The position numbers were made by a program, and so were the translations under genes. From contig MU053934.1 of assembly GCA_013239625.1 (NCBI GenBank), positions 9,939,352-10,003,351 of the forward strand: a stretch of DNA of 64,000 nucleotides, given 5' to 3'. The first letter of the stretch is position 1. Every line of letters begins with the position of its first letter. Positions 12,975 to 25,385 of the stretch are shown here, in pieces. The notes beneath the pieces were generated by a model that saw only the letters and a list, made by a program, of their open reading frames with translations, was not told where the DNA came from and made no database searches. The stretch comes from Lama guanicoe. Lineage: Eukaryota.

Positions 12975-13136
12975 ATGCTAAGGAGACTGGACAAGATCAG
13001 GTTCAGAGGTCACAAGAGGGACGACTTCCTCGATCTGGCAGAGTCTCCAAACGCCTCGGACACCGAATGCGGAGACGAGGTGCCCCTGAAGACACCTCGG
13101 ACCTCGCCCCGGGACGGCGAGGAGCTGAGGGACCCT
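12975..13136 (+). CDS. GRAMD4: GRAMD4 coding exon 1 (exon itself starts at 12926)
   Basis: Acceptor ctcttgcag|12926; aacATG at 12975; MLRRLDKIRFRG...EELRDP; donor CCT|gtgagt; 162 nt, ends phase 0. Confidence 0.97.
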
Positions 13137-14747
13137 GTGAGTACGCCGTGCGGGCCCCTGGGACCGGAGCATCCCCCTCCTCCGCGTGACTGCAGACCCT
13201 GGGTCTCTCGCTGCAGAGTGGGGCTGTCCCCATCCTGGGGGCCAGTGGACTTGGGTGGACCGTGTCCTGCCTGGGCTGGTCTGACACCAGTGGGGCTTGC
13301 TCCCCCTCGGCCCCCGACCCTCCGTCCCCCAGCCTCTCGGGTGGGGGCTTGTCCACAGATCGGGGACAAAACAGCCTTTCCTTTACCCAGCATTTGTCCA
13401 GAGGCTGGATTTCTTTCCCTTCCTGGTTGGTTTTCTGGGTGGCTCGCAGACTTCTCATGCAGAAGTGAGGCTGCGGCCCCAGCCCGGCCCCTGGGAGGTT
13501 GACCCGGCGCGGCTGAGGGCGCTGTCTAGGAGTCGCTAGGTCCTCAAGCCTCTGGCTGGTCTGTCCGGCCGTCCAGGGTGCGCGTCACCGATCCCGGTAG
13601 CTGGCTGAGCCCAGGCTGCGTGTCCTCAGCCCACGAGGGGACAGTGGCCCCTGCGGGCCAGGCAGTGGCGCCCCTCGTTTGGACGGTGGGAACCCTCCAC
13701 AGGGCCGGGCCAGCCCTGCCTCCTGGGAGCTTGTGTTTGGTCAGCGGGTGTGTGGTAGGGAGGGCGGGCTCCCTGTGGCCCACTCCTGGCCCGATGTGAC
13801 CGCTGGGCTCTCTGTGCTGAGCACAGCTCCCTGAGTCCCCCGCGTTGCCACCGAGGAAGCCTGGAGCCGCCCCTCACCCATGGTGGGCGACCTTGGAGTG
13901 GACACTGGGTTTGGTGACCTGTCGGTTCCTCCCGAAGCACCTGAGCTAGGTTTTCTTTCCAGATGTGGCGGAACGCTCACCCTCCTGGCTCCCTGCGTCG
14001 TTAACGCTGTCCAGCAGGACGCACAGCTCTTGCTCTTGCAGGAATGAGTGGTGACAGGCGGGGCTGGGCTGCAGAGCCTGGCGGGGACCCCCGCCTGGGC
14101 TTCCTCTGTCCCCTGCAGCCGCAGGGCCCCGTGCTGGACCAGGGACCACTTGGTGTGACCCCCAGTGTAGTCTGGCAGCATCTACCTGCCCGCTGGGGCG
14201 TTGTGGGGGTCGCAGGCACTGTCCTAAGAAGAGGGGTGGGACCAGCTTTTCGGCAAGGGCCGAGGGCAGGACGTGAGGGTGGGGCGAGCCCAGGGTCACG
14301 TGTGTAAATGCCGGTCACACTGGCTCACTGCACACCCGCCTCCACCCTCGCTTCCTCCTGACGCTTCCCTGGCTCGCTTCTGTGATGGGGGATGGGCTCA
14401 GCATCCCACAGTGGAATGTGACGTCCTTCATTTAACCTCTGCCCCCAAGGGACACTTGGTGCCCTGAGCTCTTGGCGTTCGTCACTCTCGCAAGCCTTGT
14501 GCCCACGTGTCCCAGGTGGGTGGGCTGGGTCCAGGTGTCTGTCATCCTGGTGGCCGTCACCAGCCCCTCCTGTGGTGTGCGCTGCGCCCTCCCGAGGGGC
14601 CCGTGGCCCACGCCCTTGCCACCAGCACGGGGTGTCTTGGGTGTTTCTGGCTTGCCAACCCAAGGGGTGGGGAGTGGCAGCTCCGAGTGCTTTTAACTTA
14701 CGTGGTTTTTACGAGGAGGGAGGTGGGTCATCTTTGCCTGTGTTGAC

Positions 14748-15105
14748 TTTTTTTTTATTTTTTTTAAATTGTGGTAAAACACCCATAATGTAAAATCGAG
14801 CAGTTTAAATAGTTTTTAAGTGCACAGCCCGGTGGCGTTAAGCACGTCCACAATGTTGTGCAGCCGTCACCACCATCCGTTTCTGGAACTTTTTCATCTT
14901 CCCAGACTGAAGCTCTGTCCCCACCAGACACCAGCTCCCAGCCTCTGACCCCCACCACCTCCCTCCTGTCTCCGTGAATCGACTCCTCCAGGCCCATCAT
15001 GAGGGAGCCCGGGTGCTTGTCCCCTGTGATGGGCCTGTCTCAGCACCGTGTCTGCAGGGGCGGTCCTGCTCCAGTGTCAGGATTCATTCTTATTTCCTTT
15101 TTTGT
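14748..15105 (-). mobile_element. L1MB-type 3' fragment
   Basis: Poly-T then aattgtggtaaaa, tttaagtgcacagcccggtggcgttaagcac, gaactttttcatcttccca; similar to 3885-4100. Confidence 0.8.
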
Positions 15106-17239
15106 GGGCGATCAGTGTCCTGGGGCAAAGGCGGTGGGTGGACCCAGTGGTTGAGGGTAGAATCCAGCCCCCACGGTAAGAGGACAGAGGGAGGGTGGGG
15201 TCCCAGGAGGCGGGGTGTGCAGGGCGACAGTGGAGCAGGTGGAGTGATGTCCAGGTCAGGGTGTGGCTGGGTGGAGGAAGGGCCATTGAAGAGATAGATG
15301 GGGAGCCCCAGGCCACAGTCCACTGAGTGGTCAGTGTCAAGCCAGTAAGATGGGGGGGCGCAGCAAGGAGGAGGGGACTGGCGCCCTAGAGCTGGGGGCA
15401 GAGGCAGTGACCCCACGCACAGGGAGGCAGGGTGGCAGACGCCTCCAAGAGTCGGGGTGGGAGGGGCTGCCCTCCTCTGAGAAGCCGAGTTGAGACACGG
15501 TTCTCGGGAAGCTGGAGGACAGAGACGCGGCTGGACCCGCTCCCCAGTTCCATGGATGTGACCCTGCAGCCTTGGTGGGCTTGTTCATTCAGGTCCCTGT
15601 CCAGGCCCTTGACCCCCAGCTGGAGAGGGGTCTGAGAAGGGGTCAGCTGGAGAGACCCCAGGGGCGCACAGAGTGGTTCGGCCCCCAGAGTTTCAGAGCA
15701 CCACCCCGGTGCCTGCCGTCCCCATCGGCGTCTCCGCCAGCTGGTCGGCTGCCCAGAGCCAGTCCTCACCACCCCGGCCGTCCCGTGGGTCCCCAGCCAA
15801 GCTGCTATGGCTTTGGCACCAGGTCCAACTGAAGCCATGAGCGTCCCAGGCCCTTGTGGACCCGGGGGCCCCTGTGAGGGTTCCTTAAAGCTCTGGGGCA
15901 AGTTCCAGAGGAGCTTAGTTCCAGCAGCTAAGAGGCTGATGTGAGTTACAGCCATCTGAAGACGTGGATTAATATGTCCAGGCGGTGCCTGCAAACCGGG
16001 GGGCGCCCTCCTTGCTTTGGTGAAGAAGTTGCTAACAGCATGGAGCCCAGTGTCCTGCAACCGAATCAATGCAGACCCTCCTTTCTGGGCCAGCCTCTGC
16101 CCTCTGCTCTGGGGTCACCACCTTGGCCATTGCGGTGGGGGATGGGCAGGAGAGGGACAAACTCATCTGCTGGGGTGAGTGGACAAGTACGCGCCATCTT
16201 CCCTGCGTCAGGGCTGGGGGTACCCTGCCTTCCACCCGCTGCCCCAGTCTCCCCTTACCTGTCCTGCCAGGCCTGGGGGGCTGCCCGGTAAACAGAGCCT
16301 GGCCCCTGCCCTCTGGGAACCAGAGCAGCGGAAGTCCAAAAGGTCAAGTGTCAGGCAGGGCTGCTGTAGACTTACCAGCACCCGTCGGTTCCCCGGTGTC
16401 AGCTTCTCCGTCTTGGGCTGTGGCCTCAGAGCAGACGACATGTATATGGAGAGGTCACCAGGGCTGTCACGGGCCCTGTCCCGGCTGCGTGTCCCCTTCC
16501 ACCCTCACCCAGCCTTGGAGGGGCGTGGGGACCAAAACTAGGGAGTCAGACCCCCGTCAGAGGGCGGAGCGCTTGGGCGCTGCCCCCAGCCCGGTCAGCA
16601 GCGGGAAGTGGTGTGGGGTGACCGTGGGGGTGTCGGCTGTGAGCCGGTGCGCCCTGGCTCCTTTCCAGGGGCAGTGGTGGCCTGTAACCAGAGCCTGCCT
16701 GGGCCCGTCGGGACAGCGGGTGGTGGCTTTAATTAGCCCTCTGTGGGACAGGACAGGGCCCTGTTTGGAGTTTGCTCACCTTGGAGCCTGGCACGTGGCC
16801 GCGTCCTCGCCCACCTCCTGGAGTCCTGGTGCTCCCGGGGTGTGGGGCTCAGGCCCTGTCGCTGGGCCCACCCTCCTCCTGGGATGTGGCCATGCGGGCC
16901 CGCGCAGGTCTCTGTGGTTTCCCGCCCTCCGCAGCCTGAGAGCTGTAAGTGACCATCTGGAAGCTCGGTGTCACGCTTCTGGATTTAATTTATTATTTCT
17001 GAGAGCCGGGCTCGCCGGGGCTCCAGGATGCCCTTGTTGTGTGAGGTGCCCCTCCCACCGGCAGGTGGAGCCGAGGCAAACTGGCGTGGGTCTGAGGCAG
17101 AGGTGGTGCTCCTGGGCCAGGAGCCCTGTGGACCGGCCCTTCCGGACAGGGGTTCCCCGGGGTGCCCCTTAGAGACGCAGAATGTGGACGCAGAATGCAC
17201 CCAGGCAGTTGCTCTGAGCTGTTGGCGTCTTCCTTCTAG

Positions 17240-17360
17240 GCTGGTCCAGGGACCCTCATCATGGCTGCAGGAGTCCAGGACTTCAACCGGACGGAGTTTG
17301 ATCGATTAAGTGAGATCAAAGGTCACCTGGAAATCGCCTTATTGGAAAAACACTTCTTAC
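17240..17360 (+). CDS. GRAMD4: GRAMD4 coding exon 2
   Basis: ccttctag|AGPGTLIMAAGVQDFNRTEFDRLSEIKGHLEIALLEKHFL|gtgagt; 121 nt, ends phase 1. Confidence 0.97.
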
Positions 17361-19929
17361 GTGAGTACCGTTGGGGAGGGAGGGGCAGGGGGCGCCTCTC
17401 GGTCGTGACCGCTGTCACCGGGCTCACGGTGGGGACGTCCCCACATGGCCTCTTGCCTCCTGCGTCTGAAGCCCTGCGCTCCTGTCGGCACAGCTGTGAT
17501 GTCCTTACTCTCGAGGGGAGAGGAGCGTCCCGGGGAAGGAATGAAATGTCCCCTGGAAACTCTTGTTGCTTTAGTGAGTCTGGCGCATTGCAGCGGCTAA
17601 CTCGGGTTGTACCAGAGCTGTTGGGGGGGTCTGAATTTCGCTGTCCTGTTCTGTTCAGTTTGCACATCAAGCAGGGAGCTGGCGGGTTTCTCTGCCTGTC
17701 GGCCGCAAGCATGGAGTCCCAACATGTGTGCTCTGACCATCGGCCCTGCTCCTGGGGTCTGGCCTCTGGGTGGTGGGGACAGTAGAGATTGTTCTGGAAG
17801 GGCCGTGGAGCTCCTCACAGAGACAGTCTCATCTGACACAGTGTCTTTCTCCTCTCACCGCCCCCTGCGTCCTCTCGCTCTACAGCTGAGGAGGCAGAGG
17901 GGCCGGGGCTGAGGAGTGTGACCTGCTGTGAGGTTGAGTCGTCTGCCTTGTGGGGGCTTCCACCGCGCACGTGGCCTGCTGCGTGACAGTGTTTCAGAGC
18001 TAACACAAGGGTGCGGGCGATGCTATTAGGAAAAAAATACCAGGGGAAAGATGCAGCTTCGGCCCTGGATGCCCGGAGCCACCGGGAGAGCTGCCTGGGC
18101 CCAGGACGAAGGGCCCACGCGACTCACCTCCCTTCAGGTGCCACGCCCAGCTAGGGCGCCCCTCTGATGCTTGGGACCAAGCAGCCACACCCTTGCTTGC
18201 CCAGAGGCCCCATCCTCTGTCCCTACCTGAGTCCTTTCCTCCTGTGCCTCCCCCTTCCGCATGACAAGTGTTGTCTGAGCTCTAGCCGTGGGGACCAGCA
18301 CTGCCGCCCCTGCCACCCGTGTGGCACGTGGACCCTCGCCTGCAAACGGAGGCGGGTGTCTGAGCTGTGCAGGGAGGCCGCGGAGGTGGGCCTGCCTTCT
18401 TCTCCCAGGCGGGGGGCAGCGCAGCTCTCACGGCATCTCTGCACACCACCCGCTGCCCTGCCTTCCCCCAGACCCGTGCTTCCCTTGGCGAGTGTGCCTG
18501 GGCACGCACACGTGTCGGGGCATTGCCTGTGCGCGTGCCCGTCTGCGCCTCACCAGCCAGCGCTCACCCACAGGGTCCCGTCACCCATGGTTCTGAGGGT
18601 GGCGCAGTGGAGCGACTCGGTCCAAGGTGGCCACCGAGCTGGCTAGGGAGACAGGGCCAGGCTGGGTCTGCCCAGACTGCCCGGCGCTGTGGGTGGGGGG
18701 GGCCTGGTACCTTTGACCTGGGCCTGTGCTGAGCTTCTGCAGGGAGGCGCACTGGTACTGCTGGGGCCACTGTGTGGGGCAGCAGAGCTGGGCGGACCCT
18801 GCTCGAGGCATCCGTGGGTGCAGCCTCATGAAATTGCCTTTAGCGGGTCAAGCGGAGAATATTGGTGATTCGTGGGGCTCGAGGAACCAGCAGAGCCAGG
18901 TGCTCTCATGGAAAGGGGAAGGGTCTGAGAGAGCATCTAGCAGGGACCCCTCCCCACCCACCCCCCCGGCTGGGGAGGGCCAGAGTGGGGCCTCCAGGAG
19001 AAGGGGTACCAGGCAGAGGTGGGCAGCGGGTGTGTCCACCAGTGAGGTGAGTGGGCAGGACAGCTGTGACCCGCAGGGACCCGGTCTGGGGCCGACCTGA
19101 CCCGTGTTGAGAAGAGAAAAAGAGGCAAGAGGCTGTCTGTCCTTGGGTGGGCAGTGCTGGCGTCCCTGGGCTGGTCCTCACGGTTTTACCAGAACAGTGT
19201 CTCGTTTCACTCCTGGGGAGCTCGTGTCGTACAAGTGCAGAGTTCCACTCTGACAGCCCAGGGGGTGGTAATGATAGGCATTCTTTCTTAATTACGGGAA
19301 ATTTCAAGTGGATCAGAGTAGAGGAAGTCGTGTAACGAGCCTTCGGATTCGGCAGGAGTCGGCCCGCGGCCAGGCCAGTTTCCTCTGCGCTCCCAGCCCG
19401 GCCCTTCACCCGCAGGCCTTTTGAAGCAAATTCCAGGCAGCGTCCTGTGACTTGATCTGTAAATATTGCATTAGATGGCTCATCACATTTTAAAAACCGA
19501 AGTCCAGCATCTACTAGCACAACTGGAGGGCAAAAAGCCCCATGTTTTTCTGGAATATCACCAGGTACCCAGCTTAAGCCCCAATTTCCCCAAACGTCTC
19601 ATCATTTTTTGGCAGCTCCCTGGAGTCGCAGACAAGGCCCTACGCTGTGATGGGTGGGCGTGCCTCTTCTGTCTCCTACTCTGCCGGGTCTCCCCACTTC
19701 TCCCTTTGCTGTTTGTGGAGGCAGCCAGGCCATCTGTGGGGGACGTCCCCACCCTGGGCCTTGCTCAGGGCGTCCCCTTGGCTCCAGCACATGAGCCAGC
19801 GTGTCCCTCTCCCTCGGTGCTGCTAGAGGGGTGGTCTGTGGGGGGCGCCCTCCTTGGTGGTGGTGGCAGCTTTCCTGAGGTGGGCTCTCACTTCCGTGCC
19901 ACCACCCTGGACATGTGACTCCCACGCAT

Positions 19930-20900
19930 CACCACGTTAGCAGCTGCAATGGCCGTTTTCTGCTATTCTTTCTCCATTTATTAACCAGTGTATTTCTGAA
20001 AACCTAGCTGTTTGGTATAGTTCACATAGGAGACGCAGGGGACACGCTTGTTCCTCCCCTTTATATCCAGCTTTCAAAACAATGGCTTGGGTCTCTACTT
20101 GGAGCCCCCTCCAGGGGTGACCTGCACGGGGCTCTGGCTTTTGTGGGGGGATTTGGCGTCGTCATGATGAGACTGTGGATTTAAACGTTGTTAACGAGTC
20201 TCAGTCGCTATGGTCATGACCTCAGCGGGGCTCAGGTAGACCACCTGCGGGCTGCGACTGTCTCGCGTCTCCTAGTGATGAGATGCAGGGCAGGTGGGAT
20301 GCTGCGTCCTCAGGGCATCTGACCAGGGGGTCTGGGATGCCATGTTGTCCCCACCCGTGCTGTAGAGAGTTCTTTTAGAAATTAAATTTAGTTTTGTAGG
20401 TATCTAACATTGTTTTCAGGGTGTATGCGGAGAACTCGAGTTTCTCTTCCTGTCTGCCCCCAGCCCCCTCCCCCGTTGAAAACCAGGTGTCTTTTCATTT
20501 TACAGTTTATCTTTCCATTGAATTTTTGTAGAAGCAAATACAGATTTGTGCCTACCTTCCCGCTTAGATAAATATTAGCACGTTCTCACTTCCTCCACGC
20601 TGACGTGACGGGGTCCTCGGTATCCGGTGTTCCAGCTCCGCCTGCCGTGTGGCTGTGGCTGAGGGACCTGGCTGCCCCGCGTTCCCTGTTGCAGTCACGG
20701 GTTACAGTAGCTGCACTGCCTCCGACCTGTCACAGTTACAGGTGGCGCTTACGCGGCCGTGCCTCTAGTGCACGGACGGCCCTTGTTTCTATATGCTGAA
20801 CGTCTGGCGTGATGCCCGGGACCTAATTAACAGGAAGTCAGTGCCCAGAGGAGTGAATTCCAGGAAAACCTGGTCAGAGTTGGAATTTGCATGGGAGAGC
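19930..20900 (-). mobile_element. Very old L1 (L1MC/L1ME-like) remnants
   Basis: T-rich degraded L1 3' UTR-like tracts; boundaries uncertain. Confidence 0.35.
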
Positions 20901-23900
20901 CTGCCTGTCCCTTCCTCCACTGTCTCTTCTGTCCCAGTACCCAGGGGAATACCGTGTGTCAGAAAGGACGCCGTCGGCCCTGGGGACCACCGAGGGGTGT
21001 GAGTTGTCGCTGAAGCTGCCCCGTGTCCCGAGGTGGCTGCCCGACCCTGGTCTGCGGAGGGTGGGGCTGGCGTGGGGCGGGGAAGGAGCTTTGCCCTGGA
21101 GTCGGGACCCAGGCTTCTCGCTCCTGACCCGGCCCCAGCGCGCGGGTAGCTGTGGGCACTGAACCGTTCAGGGCCGGCGCACCCCCAGCTGTAAGACGCC
21201 TAAGTGGTCGGTGTTAAAATTCCATTCAGCTGTCTGTGGTACCTTCCCCCAGGAAAGCAGGCCATTACCCTTCACGGAGAAGCGGAAATAGCCCCAGTTC
21301 ACAGCGGCTCTCTTCAGTCATTAAGTATTGAAGAGCACAAATGGTCCCGACAGGAGACAGCGGAGCGCAGCGCAGAGTGGGGATTGAAAGGCGCCTGGCT
21401 CGGGACTGGAGGCAGGACCCTAAATCTGTTACAGCCGCACGTAAACAAGTGAAAGGCATCGTACGTTTGCATTAGCCTGAAACGCAGCCCAGCTGTCACT
21501 GCTTCCGGAGCACACGCACGCGCTGGTCCGGTTTCGGAGCGGGAGCGTGCGGCCCCCTCACCTGCTGGGCGCAGGCTCTGGGAAGGGAGATTCTCAGCGC
21601 CACCGGTTGCAGGCACAGGCCTTCCCCAGAATGACCTGGCGCAGTGTGGGTCATGGGGACGTGTGCAGGGGCCTGCTGGCCGCTAGGCTAAGCCTGAGGC
21701 TCCGGGCCCATCTTCTCCCTGCGCTGACGTGAAGGCATGGGCTCCTCCCCGGACACGCTGGAGGGGCCTCCCCTCAGCGCCTGCCCTCGGGTCTTGCTCC
21801 GTCGTGTCTGGGCCACCAGCACTGGTACTGGGCACACTGGTGGTGGTTCCTGGAGAGGGTGGCTCAGGGAGAGGGGCCCTTTGCTCCTGAGCCACGCCGC
21901 ACAGTGCAGGTCAGCAAGGCCGGCTGTGACCCCGTGCGAGGGCTTCCGGCAGCAGCTGGGCAGGGACGCGAGTGGGAGGCGGCCGTCTGCCTCCAGCGGC
22001 CTGGAGGGCCGCGCTCTGGATGCTGAGACTGGACAGAGGGGCCCGGAGGAAGGAAGTTTCTGGGCGCCAGCTGGGTGACTCAGGCTCACCATTGAAGTCT
22101 TCTGAAAACAGAATGGGGCGGCCGCTCAGAGCTGGCTGGTGGCAGGGTTCGGGGTGGGGGTGATCAGAGATACCTGGAGACCTGGCCCTTCGGACCTGGG
22201 CCTGCACATGCCCCTCGGTGGGAGATGGGGAGGCGGCCTGGGTTTTTTTTTAAACTCTGCTCCTCCTGCTTATTCAGTCAGCGGCGTCGAGCTGGGAAGA
22301 TGCAGCCGCAGTGCCAGAGACGGGTCGGCAGTTCTGCCCCGGCGTGGTGTGCTTAGGAAGTGGTTTCTGGCCTTTCGTGAGGACGGCAAGTGGGTGGCCC
22401 CTAGACGGGAAGGGGGCAAACAGATCAGATAACTGGCCGATGAAGACAGAGATGACCGTGTGTCCGTGTCATGTAGAATTTATCTAGGAGAAAAAAGGAA
22501 GTTGGCCCTTCAGAAAATTTCGCGTCTGACCCACTGGGCTGGCTCAGAATTTCGTATTTCTAGGTCACTCCTGCTGCCTGCTGAGAACCTGTTATTCACT
22601 GTGGATGTCCGGCCCTGCCTCCTGGCTGGACTGAGGTGAGCTGACCCCACCAGGCCGGCCTGGCTCAGCACCCAGCCGGGCACCTCCCCTGCCCAGGCCC
22701 TAAGTGCTGGGCTGGAAGGAGGGGCAGGAGTGGGGTGGGGCGCGGTTCCTGGCTCAGCGCTGGCCGGGACCCCAGAGCCCAGACTTTAGCCGTGCTCCGT
22801 GGCTTGCTGAAAGGCAGTCAGCGGTTCCCGAAAACCAGCTGTTCTGCATGAAGACGCTGGCTGGGATCTTGTTTCTTCCTATTTTACACAGGAAGCATTT
22901 TAACACACTCCTCCACCACCGAACCCCCATTTGGTTTCCTAAAATGTATCTGAAACCCGGTGGTCGGCCAGCAGCCAGCCAGCAGCCTGGCCTGCTAGCA
23001 AGTAAGAGCTTAAGCAGCTCTGGGTCCAGTGACCGAGCCGTCGGTGTGGTGCTGGACAGCGTGTTTGTCGTCCCATAGACATTTCCCCTGCACCCGGCGG
23101 CGGACAGCCCGCGGGGCGTCAGTGCTGGGGAGAGAGGCAGCAGACTGCGACGGCAGAAGCCTGGCCTTTCCTGTAATGGACCGTTTTCCCCAGGGGCTGC
23201 TGCGAGTGAGGGCTCGCCCTGGGCTCAGGGCCTGATACCCCCACGTTGGGAGGGCGTGGCTCTGCCTTCTAGAGAGGTCCGAGGTGAGGGCAGGGCTGGG
23301 GGTGGATTGGATTGGGAGGCTGGAAGAGTCTGGGGGAACTGCGCATGGAGGTGAAGCCACAGAGCCCGGGATCGGGGGGGCCTCCGGGGGTGCAGCCCTC
23401 CCGCCCGGCCAGGAGGCAGCATGGGTTTTGCGGGTGGTCCCTGCGTTTGTGCACCTGGCCGGTGGGAGGCAGTTTTATTTAAGGATTACCACTTGATTTT
23501 TATTTTTGGCTGTGGCTGGGCCTGTTGAATTCTGTGCCAAGAGGACTCCTCCTTGAGAGTTCTACTTTTTCAGGTTTAAAAATAGCCTTGAAGCCATCTT
23601 CCTTTTCCCAGTGACTGCCCTGGGGCTGTGGCCCTGTGGCTCGGGCGTAGGTGGGCACCAGCCAAGGCGTCCCCTCTGTCTTTCCTGCAAGTCAGGGTGG
23701 CCGTGGGCTGATGGGGGTGCCTGCTGCCACTGGTCAGCTTGAAGGCTGGGCCAGGCCGGGGGCCAGCCAGCCCTTCGTGGGCGAGTGCTTCCAGAAATGC
23801 TCGTGCTGCTTTCCTGGGGTCAGGGCTCCACGTCTGTAGCTCATTTTGCCTCGTCCCTCTGAAAGCAGTGGTTTGTGGAGCACCGTTGTTGGGGTCCCTG

Positions 23901-24977
23901 GAAGCTCCTGTTAGAGGGTAACCTGGCTTGTTTGGACCCCGGGCTGCACAAGGGGGCATTTTGGATGCAGAAACCAAACTTAGAAAGCCAAGACTGACAG
24001 CTGCGTGTCTGAAGGCCCCTCTGGGCTCACAAGCATCGCGGGCCTCCCCCACCTTGCCGTTACATCCTGTGGCCTGATGGCTCCTGTGGGAGGTGGGTGG
24101 GGACAGGCTGCATCTCCTGGAGCAGCCCTGGCCTGCGTTCCAGGCTGTGCACCCGGCTGCCGTGCTCGGCTCACACGGGGACCCTGCTGAGCTGGAGCCC
24201 AGGGAGGGATTCATGAATGACCATGCCAGCGTCTCTCTCCTGGGTGCACGCTCCACTCTTGGAAGCTTTGGGGGTTCTGAGTCGTATCTTGGGCAGGCAT
24301 TCTGGCTCCCCTGGCCTCCCGCGGGCCTCCTTACCATCCCCCGGCCGGCCCCGGCCGTCTGCCAGGTCAGCAGATGCCACAGCCGGCACCAGGCCTTGAA
24401 AAGGAGAGAGCCACCAGGCTGGGAGCTGCGCCATGTGACCCGGGCACAGCGGCCCCTCCCGCCCGGGGCTGTGACCCCTGGTCTGATGCTCTGGGGTGTG
24501 GCTCCCCCTGCTTGGGACCCCCGCCCATGAGTTAGCCATCAGCAGGTATGAAACAGCCTGTGTCCAGCCCACCCGCGTGGCTGCAGAGGAGCAGAGAGGC
24601 TCAGGAGAGCAGCCGTGAGCGTGCTTCCGCCAGGATGGCTTGTGGAAGGTCCCAGGCTCGTGCACACCTGACTCCAGGATGCCCCTCCACTGGGGCTTTT
24701 CAGCTGAGAGTTTGGAGAAGTCAGAGGAAGCATCGATGGGGGATGTCGCGAACCCGCTTCAGGGTGTTTGGGGATCAGCCAGAGGTGGGGAGGAGAGAGA
24801 AGGGAGGCAGGGGCCCCGCACGCCCCGGGGCCATTTGACCTGCTAAGGGAAGGCTCTCTGTTTCATGGCTTGGGCTCCCCCGGGAGTGCGAAGACCCTCT
24901 TCGGGCCATGTGGAAGGAGGGGGTGTCCCTCCCGCCCTCCCAGGGCCTGCTTGGCCCCCAGTCTTGTGCCGGGGGAA

Positions 24978-25385
24978 GTGTGGCGAGCAGTCATGGCTCC
25001 CCAGAATGCCCGCGTCCTGATCGCCAGAACCTGTGACTGCGGCTTCTTGCACTGGTAGAAGTGGCTTTGCAGGTGTGATTAGGGGTCTGAGATGGGAATG
25101 AGCCTGGGTTATCCAGGTGGATCCGGTATCATCATGAGGGTCCGTGTGAGAGGGAGACAGACAGTCAGAGGTCAGAGCGATGAGGTCGCCGGCTGGGGTC
25201 ACCAGCCAAGGAACACGGGCACCTCTAGAAGCAGGAGAGGGCCAGGAAATGGATTCTCCCCACAGGGAGCCAGCCCTGCCCGCACCTGGACCTGGGCCCC
25301 CATTTCAAACTCTGACCCCCGGAACCGTGAGAGGGCACGCGCTCACACTGTGCCTGCGGTCATTCTTCGTAGGAAGTTAATAGGG
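24978..25385 (+). mobile_element. MaLR LTR (MLT1-type) solo LTR
   Basis: ccagaacctgtga, ctttgcaggtgtgatta, tgagatggg, ttatccaggtgg, agccaaggaa, ctctagaagc, ggaaatggattctcccc. Confidence 0.8.

Noticed and set aside
16069-17172. 367-aa intronic ORF
   Set aside because: No domain and P/G/R/W/C-rich composition typical of non-coding GC-rich sequence
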